Part shown: positions 30,634-41,022 of the stretch, one piece after another
Layout of the letters: each line of letters begins with the position of its first letter
How positions within the stretch are numbered: position 1 is the stretch's first letter
NCBI GenBank assembly: GCA_963700285.1
Contig: CAVOXA010000014.1
Span: 736,001 to 800,000, forward strand
DNA from: an uncultured Chloroflexia bacterium
GTDB lineage: Bacteria > Chloroflexota > Anaerolineae > JAAYZQ01
Direction: 5' to 3'
DNA: 64,000 bases
Translations under genes and position numbers: made by a program
The notes under the pieces: generated by a model
Seen by the model: the letters and a program-made list of their open reading frames with translations, nothing else
Told to the model about the DNA's origin: nothing
Database searches by the model: none

Positions 30634-32075
30634 TGCCCGCCCGTCGGCCCGCAAAGGCACTTGTCCCAGCAATAACAGGGCTGGTTGCCTTTGTCGTCTA
30701 CCAGCAAACGCTTCTACCCGGCATTGGTTGGGGCGATATCGCCCGATTTCAATACGTAGGGCGGCTATGGGGTATTCCCCACCGCTTTGGTTATCCACTG
30801 TACATCGCCATCAGCCACCTGTTTGGCTACCTGCCGGTGCGAACGCTAGCCTACCGCATCAACCTGATGTCAGCAGTTTTTGCCGCGCTGGCCGCGGTGA
30901 TGGTCTACATGATCCTCATGCGGCTGGTCGACGATTGGATAGCATCGGCATCAGCCGCATTGTCCTTTGCTTTTTCGCGGGCTCTTTGGGGCCAGGCAGT
31001 CATAGCCGAGGTATATACCTTGAACGCCTTTCTCATTGGCGCCATCGTACTTGTGTTGCTTGCCTGGCATCAAACCCGCAGAGATTGGCTGCTGTACCTG
31101 GGCATCGGATTGTACGCCCTGAGCTTTGGCAACCACATGACGGTTGTTACCCTGGTCCCGGCAGTGGCATACCTGGTGCTGGTCACAGACTACCGAGTGC
31201 TGCTCGATCCGAAAAAGCTGGCGGTGATGGTTGGATTGGTGTTGCTTGGTGCATCACAGTATCTGTATGTCATCCTCCGCGCCCAGCAGCAGCCACTGCT
31301 CAATGAGTTGGGTCCGTTCTCGTGGCGGGGATGGCTCCATTGGATGACACGCAACCGCTTTCCAGGGCAGTTCTTTGGGTTCACCTTGAGTGACCAGGTA
31401 GACCGGATGCGCATCTATCTGGAACTTCTGGAGATGCAGTTCTATCGCTGGGGCTACATTCTGGGCTGGATTGGCGCATGGGAACGACTGAAGGCCGATC
31501 TCAAGACCTTTGTGTTTCTGGCATTGGTGGCGCTGGGCATCTATGGCTTTGCCATGAACTATGGCGGCATCACTTTCCGCGTTTATCTCATCCCATCCTA
31601 CCTGATCTTTGCCGTATTCTTTGGTTGTGGCCTGAGCGCCCTGCGTACGTGGCTGGAAGAGCTGCTCAGGGACCAGCGCCAATGGCTGGCCAGGCCCTTG
31701 ATTGCGGCCTTGGCCGCTGCCATATTGCTCATGCCTCTCTACCCACTCTGGCAGAACTGGGCCGAGGTAGACCAGAGCAGCAACTACTACTATCATGAAC
31801 TGGCATGGAAGTTTGTAGAGGAGGCGGGACCCGACTTTGTCCTGGTAGAATCGGAGCCGCACTACGACGACCTGGAGGCAATCTTGTACGTGGCCTGGGC
31901 TGAGAAGGGTTGGTACGACGCCCAGACGGTGACCCCTGGTGGGATCGACCCCTGGCTGGGAAGCCGACCCATCTATGCCTGGTATGGCGACGCGGACATT
32001 CACCCGCGATACATCCAGGAGCCGGTAGAAGAGCTGCCGGGTATGGCCCTCATCGGCGGGGTGGGAGAAGAATGA
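30633..32075 (+). CDS. DUF2723 family multi-pass membrane protein (GT-C glycosyltransferase-like)
   Basis: GD...FQ..GIPH..GYPLY, W.QA.IAEVYTLN, NHMT. Confidence 0.8.
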   Translation: MPARRPAKALVPAITGLVAFVVYQQTLLPGIGWGDIARFQYVGRLWGIPHRFGYPLYIAISHLFGYLPVRTLAYRINLMSAVFAALAAVMVYMILMRLVDDWIASASAALSFAFSRALWGQAVIAEVYTLNAFLIGAIVLVLLAWHQTRRDWLLYLGIGLYALSFGNHMTVVTLVPAVAYLVLVTDYRVLLDPKKLAVMVGLVLLGASQYLYVILRAQQQPLLNELGPFSWRGWLHWMTRNRFPGQFFGFTLSDQVDRMRIYLELLEMQFYRWGYILGWIGAWERLKADLKTFVFLALVALGIYGFAMNYGGITFRVYLIPSYLIFAVFFGCGLSALRTWLEELLRDQRQWLARPLIAALAAAILLMPLYPLWQNWAEVDQSSNYYYHELAWKFVEEAGPDFVLVESEPHYDDLEAILYVAWAEKGWYDAQTVTPGGIDPWLGSRPIYAWYGDADIHPRYIQEPVEELPGMALIGGVGEE

Positions 32076-32776
32076 AAGGCTTTGCCGGATTTCCGGCCGG
32101 AAAACAACCCTATACGCCCTTGCCCAACCTTTTTTTCGCCGAGCTACTGCCCAATATCGACCATCTGGGAGAGCTGAAGGTAACGTTGCACGTCTTTTGG
32201 CTCATGCACCAGCAGAAAGGAGACCGGCGCTGCATTAGCGGAGGAGAGTTGGCCACCGACCAGCGCCTGCTTGGCGGGCTTGCCTCACCGCTGCTTTCCG
32301 CCAGGGAGGCCCTGCGCGATGCCCTTGAGCGGGCTGTGGCCCGCCGCACGCTGCTGCGCGTCACCACCGGCGAAGAACCAGGCAGGCAGGACTGGTATTT
32401 TGTCAACACTGAAAGCGGCCGCCGGGCCGTGGACGATCTGCTTGCCGGAAGGTGGACACCCACCGAAGCGTCCCAACACGTACATTTGCAGGCTCAGCGC
32501 CCCAATATCTTTGTGCTCTACGAACAAAATATTGGGGCGCTGACTCCCATCATGGCTGAAGAACTGATGGAGGCAGAGAATGCCTACCCGGCAGAGTGGA
32601 TCGAGGATGCTTTTCGTGAGGCCGTGAAATCGAACGTGCGAAAGTGGCGCTATGTGGAGGGCATCCTCAAAGCTTGGGCAACCGAGGGAAAAGGCAATGA
32701 AACGTCTCGAAGAACTGATGAGAGAGACCGGCGCCGATTCATCGAAGGCGAATATGCCGACTATATCGAGCACTAG
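32072..32776 (+). CDS. DnaD-domain replication protein
   Basis: LP.I..L.ELKVTL N-terminus; RPNIF.LYEQNIG.LTP and KWRYVEGILKAW DnaD motif. Confidence 0.88.
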   Translation: MKGFAGFPAGKQPYTPLPNLFFAELLPNIDHLGELKVTLHVFWLMHQQKGDRRCISGGELATDQRLLGGLASPLLSAREALRDALERAVARRTLLRVTTGEEPGRQDWYFVNTESGRRAVDDLLAGRWTPTEASQHVHLQAQRPNIFVLYEQNIGALTPIMAEELMEAENAYPAEWIEDAFREAVKSNVRKWRYVEGILKAWATEGKGNETSRRTDERDRRRFIEGEYADYIEH

Positions 32777-34139
32777 CCCAGAGCCAGTTCTGAAGGACGA
32801 CGGGCAGGGCAGCGCCGAATGCCCCCTGTGCGGCGGACTGGGCTATGTGCGCGAGGACGTACCCGTTGGCCACCCCAACTTTGGCCGGCTGTTTCCCTGC
32901 CACTGCAAGTTGGCTGAGGTCGAGGGCCTTCGGCAGCAACAGTTGCGCGATCTGAGCAACCTCCACCACTTGAGCACTATGACTTTTGATACCTTTGTGC
33001 CCGAGGGTTTCGGTCTGGCTCCAAACCTGGCAGCCAATCTGCATCACGCCTTTGACGAAGCTCAGCGGTTCGCCAACAACCCCGATGGCTGGCTCACCTT
33101 CTTTGGCGGCTACGGCTGTGGCAAGACCCATCTGGCAGCGGCCATCGCCAACCAGGTCATAGAGCATGGCCAGCCGGTTCTGTTTGTCGTCGTACCCGAC
33201 CTGCTCGATCACTTGCGGGCCACCTTTGGGCCGGCGAGCCCCATCGGCTTTGACGAACGTTTCGCCCAGGTCCGGGATGCGCTGCTGCTGATCCTCGATG
33301 ACCTCGGCACCCAGAGCAGCACCGCCTGGGCGCAGGAAAAGCTCTTCCAGATCCTTAACCATCGCTACAATGCCCGCCTACCTACCGTCGTCACCTCTAA
33401 TTCCACGCCCGAGGAGATTGACCTGCGCTTGCGCTCTCGTCTGGTCGACCCGGGGCTGGCCACTTTCGTGACGATGCTGGCGCCTGATTTTCGGCGCAGC
33501 GGCGTGGCCCAGGACCAGTCGGACCTTTCCAGCCTATCGTTGATGGAGGACATGACCTTCGAAAGATTTGATCTTCGCAAAGACGAGCTTCCCCCCGATG
33601 AGCGGGCCAATCTCCAGCGGGCGTTTGAATTATGTCGAGATTATGCCAATCAGCCAGATGGCTGGCTGGTTCTCACGGGTGAGTATGGATGTGGCAAGAC
33701 CCATTTGGCCGCTTCTATCGCCAACGTCCGTGCCGCGGCGGGCCTGCCGGCCCTCTTTGTCGTCGTGCCCGATCTCTTGGATCACCTGAGGGCGACGTTC
33801 AGCCCCCACAGCGACGCGCGCTTTGACAAGCGATTTCACGAGGTGCGTACTTCTCCATTCCTGGTGCTCGACGATCTTGGGACTGAGAGCGCCAGCCCAT
33901 GGGCCCAGGAAAAGCTATATCAGCTTTTCAACCATCGCTACAACGCCCGGCTGCCTACCGTCATCACCATGGCTCAACCCGTAGATGCTGTGGACGCCCG
34001 TCTCCGCACCCGCATGCTGGATGTAGCGCGTTGTACCGTCTTTGGCATCATTGCACCCAGCTATCGGGGCAGCCTGCAGCGCCGGGCCCAGCGCGACAAC
34101 AAGCGCCGCAGCACAGCCCGCGGCCAGCATACCCGGTAG
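32697..34139 (+). CDS. DnaC/DnaI-like helicase loader with zinc finger and two tandem IstB-type AAA+ domains
   Basis: CPLCGG...CHC; two Walker A motifs (GGYGCGKTHLA, GEYGCGKTHLA) and two Walker B motifs (LDDLG). Confidence 0.85.
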   Translation: MKRLEELMRETGADSSKANMPTISSTSPEPVLKDDGQGSAECPLCGGLGYVREDVPVGHPNFGRLFPCHCKLAEVEGLRQQQLRDLSNLHHLSTMTFDTFVPEGFGLAPNLAANLHHAFDEAQRFANNPDGWLTFFGGYGCGKTHLAAAIANQVIEHGQPVLFVVVPDLLDHLRATFGPASPIGFDERFAQVRDALLLILDDLGTQSSTAWAQEKLFQILNHRYNARLPTVVTSNSTPEEIDLRLRSRLVDPGLATFVTMLAPDFRRSGVAQDQSDLSSLSLMEDMTFERFDLRKDELPPDERANLQRAFELCRDYANQPDGWLVLTGEYGCGKTHLAASIANVRAAAGLPALFVVVPDLLDHLRATFSPHSDARFDKRFHEVRTSPFLVLDDLGTESASPWAQEKLYQLFNHRYNARLPTVITMAQPVDAVDARLRTRMLDVARCTVFGIIAPSYRGSLQRRAQRDNKRRSTARGQHTR

Positions 34140-34161
34140 TTCTCAAAACTCTGGAGCCTTT

Positions 34162-36459
34162 GTGACTCACCGCCCACGACGTACCTGGCTGTCGGAAGCG
34201 ATCATCATCGCGGCATTGGTACTCTTGCCGTTGCTCTTCTGGTGGCGGCTGTGGGCGCTCGAGCCGGCCGACCGGGCCGTCATTCCCCCAGGTGATTTCA
34301 CCGACCAGTACTACCCCCTCCAGCTTTTCGCAGCCAGGGAGCTTGCTGCCGGCCGTCTGCCAGCCTGGGACCCATTCATCAACGCCGGGCAACCTGGTCT
34401 GGCCGATATTCAGACTGGATTCTACTACCCACTCAACCTGGTACCGAACTCGATCCTCGCCTTGCTGGGCTTGGAGTTCAGCATCGAGTTTCTTACGGCA
34501 CAGGTCATCCTCCATTTTTCGCTGGCGAGCCTGTTCACATATCTCTTTGTGCGCCATCTGGCCCGGAGGGCTGGGGCGCGGATCCCGGCGGCCAGGTTCG
34601 CCGGCGCGGTCTCGGCACTGACCTTCACCTACGGAGGCTACCTGACTACCTTCCCCGTCCAGCAACTCACCATCCTGGAAGCAGCGATCTGGCTGCCTCT
34701 GATACTACTCTTTCTGGATAGGGCCTTCCTTCACACCAGGCGCCTTCCCGAGATCACCTGCGCCGGATTGGCCTTGGCCTGTGCCTTGCTCGCCGGACAC
34801 CCCCAGACAGCGATGTATATCGTCTATGCAGTCCTCGCCTATGGCCTATTTCTGACCTGGTCTGTACGCCACGCGGAGCACAGGACACCAAAGACCAGAT
34901 CCGTGGAGCGCTCAGCTCTGGGCCAGAGACTCCTCGTCGTTTTTCTCCTGTTGGTTCTTGGCGTCGTACTGGCGGCGGTCCAGCTCGTGCCGACATTGGG
35001 GTTCATTGCCCGTTCCACACGGGCAGGCCTGGAATATGAGGCTGTGGCCTGGGGCTTTCCCCTGGCCGAAATGACACATCTGCTTTATCCCGGATACTTT
35101 GGCGGTTCACCCCAGTATCTCGGTATCCTGCCGATGATTCTGGCGGTAGCGGCGCTGTTTGTCGTACGTGCGCAGCGGGAGGTGATCTTTTGGCTTGGCC
35201 TTGGCGCCCTGGCCCTGCTTCTGGCCTTGGGAGGCAACACATTCCTGTACAGCGTGACCTACCTTCTCGCACCCGGCTTTGGCGCAGTCCGCAACCAGGA
35301 AAGGGTCATTTTCCTCTTTGCCTTTGCCGCCAGTGTCCTCGCCGGCTACGGAGCACTGACGCTGGTGCAACCCTTGCCCCGTCAAAAGCGTAAGGGATTC
35401 TGCCGGTTCACGCGAGGTCTGGTTTGGCTCTTTGTTGCCTTTCTCGCACTAACAGTCCTGTTCTATTTTGGCTATTTGCAGGGTCTGCAGAACGGCGTAG
35501 AGATCAACCTATTCGAGGGACTGCTTCGCCATCACATCCTGCTTCTCCTGATTCTAGGCGGTTCAGCCCTACTCTTTACCCTGCGGCGCACAGGCCGCAT
35601 CCGGCGTAAATGGCTGATAGTCCTGGCTCTGGGGTTAGTCTGGTTGAACCTATTTACGATCAACTGGCGATTCAATCTAGCCGATCCGACCGCGAGTACC
35701 CCCTACCCTGAAACAGGGATCACCGCCTACCTCAAGGAGGAGCCAGGTACTTTTCGGATTTCGAGCGCGGGGTTGCTGCCCGGAGGGGCCAGCGCTGGCA
35801 TCGTCTACGAGCTGGAAGACATTACTGGCAATACGCCTCTGAGCCTGAATGCCTTTCAGCAATTTGAAGAAAGGGTCGAGAGTTGGCGTCGCTGGCAACT
35901 GCTCAACGTACACTATGTACTGTCCCGAAAGGCACTGGATGGGCCGGGGCTAGAGCGCGTGTACGGCGAGGGCGGGATCAGAGTCTACCGAATTGGCGAT
36001 CCATTGCCCCGTGCCTGGGTAGTATACGAAACAGTTCTGGGGGATGACGATCAAGCCATCGAACTGATCAATTCAGAGGGCTTTGATCCAAAGAGTATTG
36101 CGATTCTGCTGCCCGAGGACGAGGAGTTGATGCTCTCTGCTGGCGGTAGTTCGGGTACGGCAGCCGAGGTGGTCCACGCTGAGCCGGGCAAACTCAGCCT
36201 CAAAGTGTCATCGAGTGATGCGGGAGTATTGGTTGTAAGCCAGCCCTTCTATCCTGGCTGGCAAGCCAGCGTAGATGGTGAAGCCGTGACCATACATCGC
36301 GTGGATGCTATGTTGCAGGGAATTCCGCTCAAAGCAGGCCCCCACCAGGTTGAGCTTTGGTACCGCATATCACCCCTTCCGGCTATCCTGACTCTCGCTG
36401 TTCTGGTTGTCTGTGTCGCGATTCTGGTACTCATGATGCGCCGCACCCAACAGACCTGA
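34162..36459 (+). CDS. YfhO-family membrane protein (GT-C)
   Basis: D...QYYP, P.WDP...AGQP.LAD, GHPQ, LPRAW, YPGWQA.VDG. Confidence 0.85.
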   Translation: MTHRPRRTWLSEAIIIAALVLLPLLFWWRLWALEPADRAVIPPGDFTDQYYPLQLFAARELAAGRLPAWDPFINAGQPGLADIQTGFYYPLNLVPNSILALLGLEFSIEFLTAQVILHFSLASLFTYLFVRHLARRAGARIPAARFAGAVSALTFTYGGYLTTFPVQQLTILEAAIWLPLILLFLDRAFLHTRRLPEITCAGLALACALLAGHPQTAMYIVYAVLAYGLFLTWSVRHAEHRTPKTRSVERSALGQRLLVVFLLLVLGVVLAAVQLVPTLGFIARSTRAGLEYEAVAWGFPLAEMTHLLYPGYFGGSPQYLGILPMILAVAALFVVRAQREVIFWLGLGALALLLALGGNTFLYSVTYLLAPGFGAVRNQERVIFLFAFAASVLAGYGALTLVQPLPRQKRKGFCRFTRGLVWLFVAFLALTVLFYFGYLQGLQNGVEINLFEGLLRHHILLLLILGGSALLFTLRRTGRIRRKWLIVLALGLVWLNLFTINWRFNLADPTASTPYPETGITAYLKEEPGTFRISSAGLLPGGASAGIVYELEDITGNTPLSLNAFQQFEERVESWRRWQLLNVHYVLSRKALDGPGLERVYGEGGIRVYRIGDPLPRAWVVYETVLGDDDQAIELINSEGFDPKSIAILLPEDEELMLSAGGSSGTAAEVVHAEPGKLSLKVSSSDAGVLVVSQPFYPGWQASVDGEAVTIHRVDAMLQGIPLKAGPHQVELWYRISPLPAILTLAVLVVCVAILVLMMRRTQQT

Positions 36460-36719
36460 GCCCGGTCGCTTACACATGGAGCACCACTCCGCAGTGTCCA
36501 GGGAAGCGAATCTCCCGGGAGATCAAGTTTCAATGACCGCTGCCCCCTGCCGACGAACTTTGCTCATGACCAAGAGCCTGTACGCAGCAAAGGTCCGGGC
36601 TTGATTCGCCCCCTGAGCAGGCGCCAGTCTCGGACGTACAGGACACCCAACCTTTTGCCAAGCCTACTCTTTGTAGCTACAATGGGCAACATTCGCCAGC
36701 ACAATACACAGGAAAGCCT

Positions 36720-37973
36720 ATGAACGACAACAAGACCGGCATATTCACGGTCTTGAAGAATCGTGATTTTTTGGCTCTATGGCTGAGCCAGCTCATCTCC
36801 AAGATTGGCGACAACTTTGCCATTGTCGCAGCCTTGGTACTCATCAACGACCTGGCCCAGCGGACGGGCTTAGCCGTGGTTGTCATCGCTGCGGCAATGA
36901 CCATCCCCCAACTCTTTGCATTGGTCAGTGGCGTCTTCTTGGACCGTTTCAGCCGCAAGGCAGTGATGGTCGCCAGCGATCTGCTGCGAGCGGCCGTCAT
37001 TCTTCTGGTCCTATTGGTACACGAACCAAGCCAGCTCTACATCCTCTACCTGTCTGCCTTCGTTGTCATGGGTTTGAGCGCGGTCTATGTTCCGGCACGA
37101 AATGCGTCCATACCCAACTTGGTACCCGACGATCAACTGCTGACGGCCAACGCCCTGATCCAGGCCACGGAACTGGTATCGCTCATCGCCGGCGCCTCAC
37201 TGGCAACGCTGGTAATCAGTCTGACCTCTACCTACACGGCCTTTGTGGTGGACTCGTTCACATTCGCCCTTTCTGCCGTGTTCCTGATGGCGGCGCACAT
37301 TCCACAGGGCCAGTCCTCCGTGGCATCTGCCGGAGCAGGTGGGGAATTCCGCACTTTTTGGGATGGCTTTACGGACGGCGTGCGTTACATTGCCAGCAAC
37401 AAGCCCCTACTGCAGCTCATGGGCATTACGACCGTGGCCACCCTGGGCCTCAGTGCTACCGTTCTCCTTGCGGCCGCGTATTTCGAGCAGTTGCTGGGGA
37501 TATCGGCAGAGTATATTGGCCTCCTGCAGGCCACGGAGGGAATCGGGATGGCGTTGGGCGCCGTGCTGATCAGCGCCTATGCTTCATGGGCTCGCTCCCG
37601 GCAGATCGTCAGTGTTGCTATGATGATCTTGGGCTGCACTATCCTGCTATTCGCCGTGGCTCCGGCCTACTGGCTGGTGCTCATCGGGGCACTTGTCGTG
37701 GGGCTGTGTGTCGTATCGGCGCGGACCACCCTGGCCGCGATGACACAGGCGCTGGTACCCGATTCGCAACGCGGCCGGGTCGAGGGGGCGATGGTCACCG
37801 TAATCGGCATTGGAACAATGGGCGCCCTCATGATGGCAGGCATTCTGGGCGATATGGTTGGTCCCACCAGCGTTTTCGTCTTTACGGGCATCGTCGTGCT
37901 ACTGGCCGGCGTAGCTTCTGTCTTTTCCCTGCGCGAGGCAGAACAGCGTCTCATCAATGGGGGAAATGGCTAG
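36720..37973 (+). CDS. MFS transporter (DHA3/MFS_3-like)
   Basis: NRDF..LW.SQ.IS..GD, G...DRFSRK.VM..SD; 12 TM segments. Confidence 0.92.
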   Translation: MNDNKTGIFTVLKNRDFLALWLSQLISKIGDNFAIVAALVLINDLAQRTGLAVVVIAAAMTIPQLFALVSGVFLDRFSRKAVMVASDLLRAAVILLVLLVHEPSQLYILYLSAFVVMGLSAVYVPARNASIPNLVPDDQLLTANALIQATELVSLIAGASLATLVISLTSTYTAFVVDSFTFALSAVFLMAAHIPQGQSSVASAGAGGEFRTFWDGFTDGVRYIASNKPLLQLMGITTVATLGLSATVLLAAAYFEQLLGISAEYIGLLQATEGIGMALGAVLISAYASWARSRQIVSVAMMILGCTILLFAVAPAYWLVLIGALVVGLCVVSARTTLAAMTQALVPDSQRGRVEGAMVTVIGIGTMGALMMAGILGDMVGPTSVFVFTGIVVLLAGVASVFSLREAEQRLINGGNG

Positions 37974-38215
37974 CCTTCACCGCCAGCTGACAAACGACAG
38001 ACTAGGGCAGATGCGAGCCAGTATCGCATGCACACCGAGGCTCCCATCCAGCGCCAAGGTCAGGTACCACGGTCGAAGCTGAAAGAGGCCGAACGAGGCC
38101 CCATAAACATGCAGGACGGCCATCTGGTTGCCTGCGCTGCGGGCACACAGTCGGACAGTCCGGGCGCGTCCAACAGAACCAAGGTCCATCGGGTAGGAGA
38201 GGAACGAGGCTGGCG

Positions 38216-38947
38216 ATGAACGCCAAGAACAGGCGCTATGACGCCGTGCTGTTCGACCTGGGGTATACGCTCATCTACTTTGAGCCACCTCAGGAAGCTA
38301 TCGTCCAAGCAGCCCTGCAGGCCATTGGGGCAGAACGGTCTATTGAACAGATCGCTGCCGCGGCGGAACTGGTCTGGGGCGACTATTACCGTGACGCTCA
38401 AACGGCCACCTTCCCAGCCAGCGAGGAGTATGACCGCCGGACCCAGGCCAGCCTCGAAGGGGCACTTTTGGCCAGCCTCGGCGTGGAGGGCGATGCGGAT
38501 GCCCTGCAAGCCTACACGGATGCCATCGAAGCACAGTTCGACCGCCCCGGTGTGATCCGTCCCTATCCCGAGGCAGTCGAGGTCCTTGCCGCCTTACAGG
38601 AGCAGGCCTACCGGCTGGGCATCGTCTCCAATTGGAGCTGGAACCTCAGAGACCGGGTCGCCCAAGCAGGGCTGGATCGGTTCTTCGAGTTGATCTGGGC
38701 CTCAGCCTATGCCGGCTGCAACAAGCCCCATCCCGGGATCTTTGACCAGGCGCTGGCCCGCATGGAAATCCCTGCCCATCGCGCTCTGTATGTGGGCGAT
38801 AGCTACCGGCATGATGTTGTCGGCGCCAGGCACGCGGGCCTGGACGTGGTGCTGTTGGATCGAGAAGGCACCGCTAGGATCCAAGACTGTCCGATAATCC
38901 GCGATCTTGGGGGTGTCCTGGCAATGCTGGAGAAGCATCTCACCTGA
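38216..38947 (+). CDS. HAD-superfamily hydrolase
   Basis: FDLGYTL, GIVSNW, KPHPGIF, YVGDSYRHDVVGA. Confidence 0.92.
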   Translation: MNAKNRRYDAVLFDLGYTLIYFEPPQEAIVQAALQAIGAERSIEQIAAAAELVWGDYYRDAQTATFPASEEYDRRTQASLEGALLASLGVEGDADALQAYTDAIEAQFDRPGVIRPYPEAVEVLAALQEQAYRLGIVSNWSWNLRDRVAQAGLDRFFELIWASAYAGCNKPHPGIFDQALARMEIPAHRALYVGDSYRHDVVGARHAGLDVVLLDREGTARIQDCPIIRDLGGVLAMLEKHLT

Positions 38948-38996
38948 CCGCCTCCCAGGGCCACGGTAAGGCACCCAAACTAGGAGCAACGGCTAT

Positions 38997-39025
38997 TTGA
39001 CTTGCGGCTCCTTTTGGACTATAAT
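38997..39025 (+). promoter_or_regulatory. tRNA promoter
   Basis: TTGACT-17-TATAAT, 12 nt before the tRNA. Confidence 0.8.
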
Positions 39026-39037
39026 TCCGATAGCCTT

Positions 39038-39109
39038 GCGGGTGTGACGCAGTGGTAGCGTATCTGCTTCCCAAGCAGACTGTCAGGGGTTCGAATCCCC
39101 TCACCCGCT
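39038..39109 (+). tRNA. tRNA-Gly(CCC), CCA not encoded
   Basis: Cloverleaf: GCGGGTG/CACCCGC acceptor stem, TCTGC-TTCCCAA-GCAGA anticodon arm, GGTTCGAATCC T-loop. Confidence 0.97.
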
Positions 39110-39118
39110 CTGATGGAT

Positions 39119-39148
39119 AGGGGCTCCCTGAGACGGGAGCCCTTTTCT
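39119..39148 (+). terminator. Rho-independent terminator after the tRNA
   Basis: AGGGCTCCC-tgagac-GGGAGCCC-TTTTCT. Confidence 0.85.
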
Positions 39149-39353
39149 GTCGAGTTCTGACCGGGTCAATTGCTGTCTTTGAAAAGATGTACAGAGAGCA
39201 CAGATGGGAGAAAGCCTATTGGCCATCGTGTCCTTGCACGTCTGAGCCTTGGCCCAACAGTCCTACTCTTCACTCTTGGTAGCGGCAAACTGCGATCGTG
39301 GCAACAACAATCTTCTTGACTCCCCCTCGAGACCGTGTTACAATCCCTGCATC

Positions 39354-40043
39354 ATGAACGATGCTGACCTGCTGGCCACGAGCGCTCTGTTCTCCCCATT
39401 GTCTGACGAGGAACGCTGGCAAGTGGGAAAGCGTTTCGCGCGGCACAGCTATGATAGAGACAGCTATCTCTTCTTTGAAGGCGATCCTGCCGAGTGGCTT
39501 GTCTACGTCATCGAGGGCCGGGTCAAGATGATCAAACACTCTGAAAGCGGGCGCGAGACCATCTTGGCCGCCTTCGGTCCGGGCCAGATTGTCGGTGAGG
39601 TAGGCGTGCTCGTGGGCGACACCTATCCAGCTACGGCCCAGGCCCTGGAGCCGACGGTTACCCTCAACCTTCGCCGCGCAGAGTATGTTGATTTGATTCG
39701 CAACCATCCTGACCTGGCCTGGGCGCTGATCGCCGAGTTGGGCCGCCGGCTGCAACGCGCCCACGAGACGATTCGGAGCCTGGCCGTGGAAAAGGTACAG
39801 AGGCGGGTGGCCCGCGTACTGTTGCGCATGGCCTCCGCCTCAGGGGAGCGCCTGGAAGGCGGCGCCGTGCGGATCACCGCTCCCCTCAGCCGCCAGGACA
39901 TTGCCGACATGGCCGGAACCGTCCTCGAGACAGCGATCCGCACCCTGAGCAAATTTCAGAAACAGGGCTTGATCGAGACCACACAGGGCCGGATCATCCT
40001 CCTCAAACCGCACCAACTGGTGGCCATTGCCGAGGAGCTGTGA
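39354..40043 (+). CDS. Crp/Fnr family regulator (probably near-leaderless)
   Basis: cNMP domain (FFEGDPA, GEVG) and HTH SRQDIADMAGTVLETAIRTL; TTGACT-17-TACAAT ends 9 nt before the ATG. Confidence 0.92.
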   Translation: MNDADLLATSALFSPLSDEERWQVGKRFARHSYDRDSYLFFEGDPAEWLVYVIEGRVKMIKHSESGRETILAAFGPGQIVGEVGVLVGDTYPATAQALEPTVTLNLRRAEYVDLIRNHPDLAWALIAELGRRLQRAHETIRSLAVEKVQRRVARVLLRMASASGERLEGGAVRITAPLSRQDIADMAGTVLETAIRTLSKFQKQGLIETTQGRIILLKPHQLVAIAEEL

Positions 40044-40181
40044 ATGCGAGAGTGCGCCGATGTACTCTTTTCTCTCGCGGTGGTCCATCTGTAGAGGGTG
40101 GCCGGCTTCTTCTTCGTCAGTCAGGAGCTACGATGCAGAACTCCTGGGCGCAACTGCTCCCCCTGCTTTCGCCGGGTACTT

Positions 40182-40811
40182 TTACAATTCCGTGATTTTG
40201 CGCACAGGTTGTCTGAGGATGGTTTTGAGCTTCTCAGGCGCTACCTTGCGCGGGTCGCTCAGATAGATCTCGTGATGCTTGCCCTGCATCTCGTAGCCGT
40301 TTTTGGGAATGAACTCGGCGTGCATCCTGTGCAGTACCGGCCCTTCGTCCTCGTAGGAGCCGATGTGCAGGATCTGAGCCGCGAGGCCTTCGTGATACGT
40401 CTCCAGCCGGAGTTTGGGTAGAGCACGCAGCTTTTTCTGTTTTCCCACCAACTCGGCTACATCAGCCACCATCTGGACCACGATCCAATCGGGCTGCATG
40501 ATCATCATGGTCCAGTCCCAGGCACTCTTGTCGCGCTGGTTGGCAAAGGTCTCCATGTCCTCCGCCCACCACAGGCCCTCCAATGGTGGAACAACATAGT
40601 CTCTATCCATCTCTTTCTTGCTCATGAACTTGAGCTTGTAGGCCACAGCGTACAAGGCCTCCAGGGCATCCTGGTATTCCTGCGCGGTATTGGGGTCGCC
40701 GTGGCCGTCAACCATGAGAAAATGCAGCGGCGGCACCTCAACCACAGAGAAGGCTCTGGCTGAAGGCCGGTACAAGTACTGAAACTCCACCTTCAAGTCA
40801 ACCTTGGACAT
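40182..40811 (-). CDS. GyrI-like small-molecule-binding protein
   Basis: DG.GDPN, PPLEGLWW, WTMMI.QP, HIGSYEDE, HHEIYLSDPR. Confidence 0.9.
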   Translation of the reverse strand: MSKVDLKVEFQYLYRPSARAFSVVEVPPLHFLMVDGHGDPNTAQEYQDALEALYAVAYKLKFMSKKEMDRDYVVPPLEGLWWAEDMETFANQRDKSAWDWTMMIMQPDWIVVQMVADVAELVGKQKKLRALPKLRLETYHEGLAAQILHIGSYEDEGPVLHRMHAEFIPKNGYEMQGKHHEIYLSDPRKVAPEKLKTILRQPVRKITEL

Positions 40812-41022
40812 CTTGGACCTCCATTTCGCTGAGAAAGCCCGTGACCCACGATGGCTCAGCCTCGATCATCGTGCAGAGATCATCTGCTCCGTGCCCGGCC
40901 GGAATGGATAGTGAGCATCATCGAAAGCATCAAGAACATGCAGATATCCTGAGCGTAGTTCGTCTCTGTTGGCCAATGCACCACCCAAGCAGATCACTGA
41001 GATAGACCCGCAACAGGCACAT

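Noticed and set aside
32697-34139. IS21 IstB helper or prophage replication module
   Set aside because: No IstA transposase, terminal repeats or phage genes; context is the chromosomal dnaB-dnaD operon.
36779-37990. 403-aa alternative-frame ORF, and similar long shadow ORFs such as 29044-29973, 45611-46546, 55340-56380 and 58824-59900
   Set aside because: They overlap well-supported genes, lack motifs, and are expected in GC-rich coding DNA.
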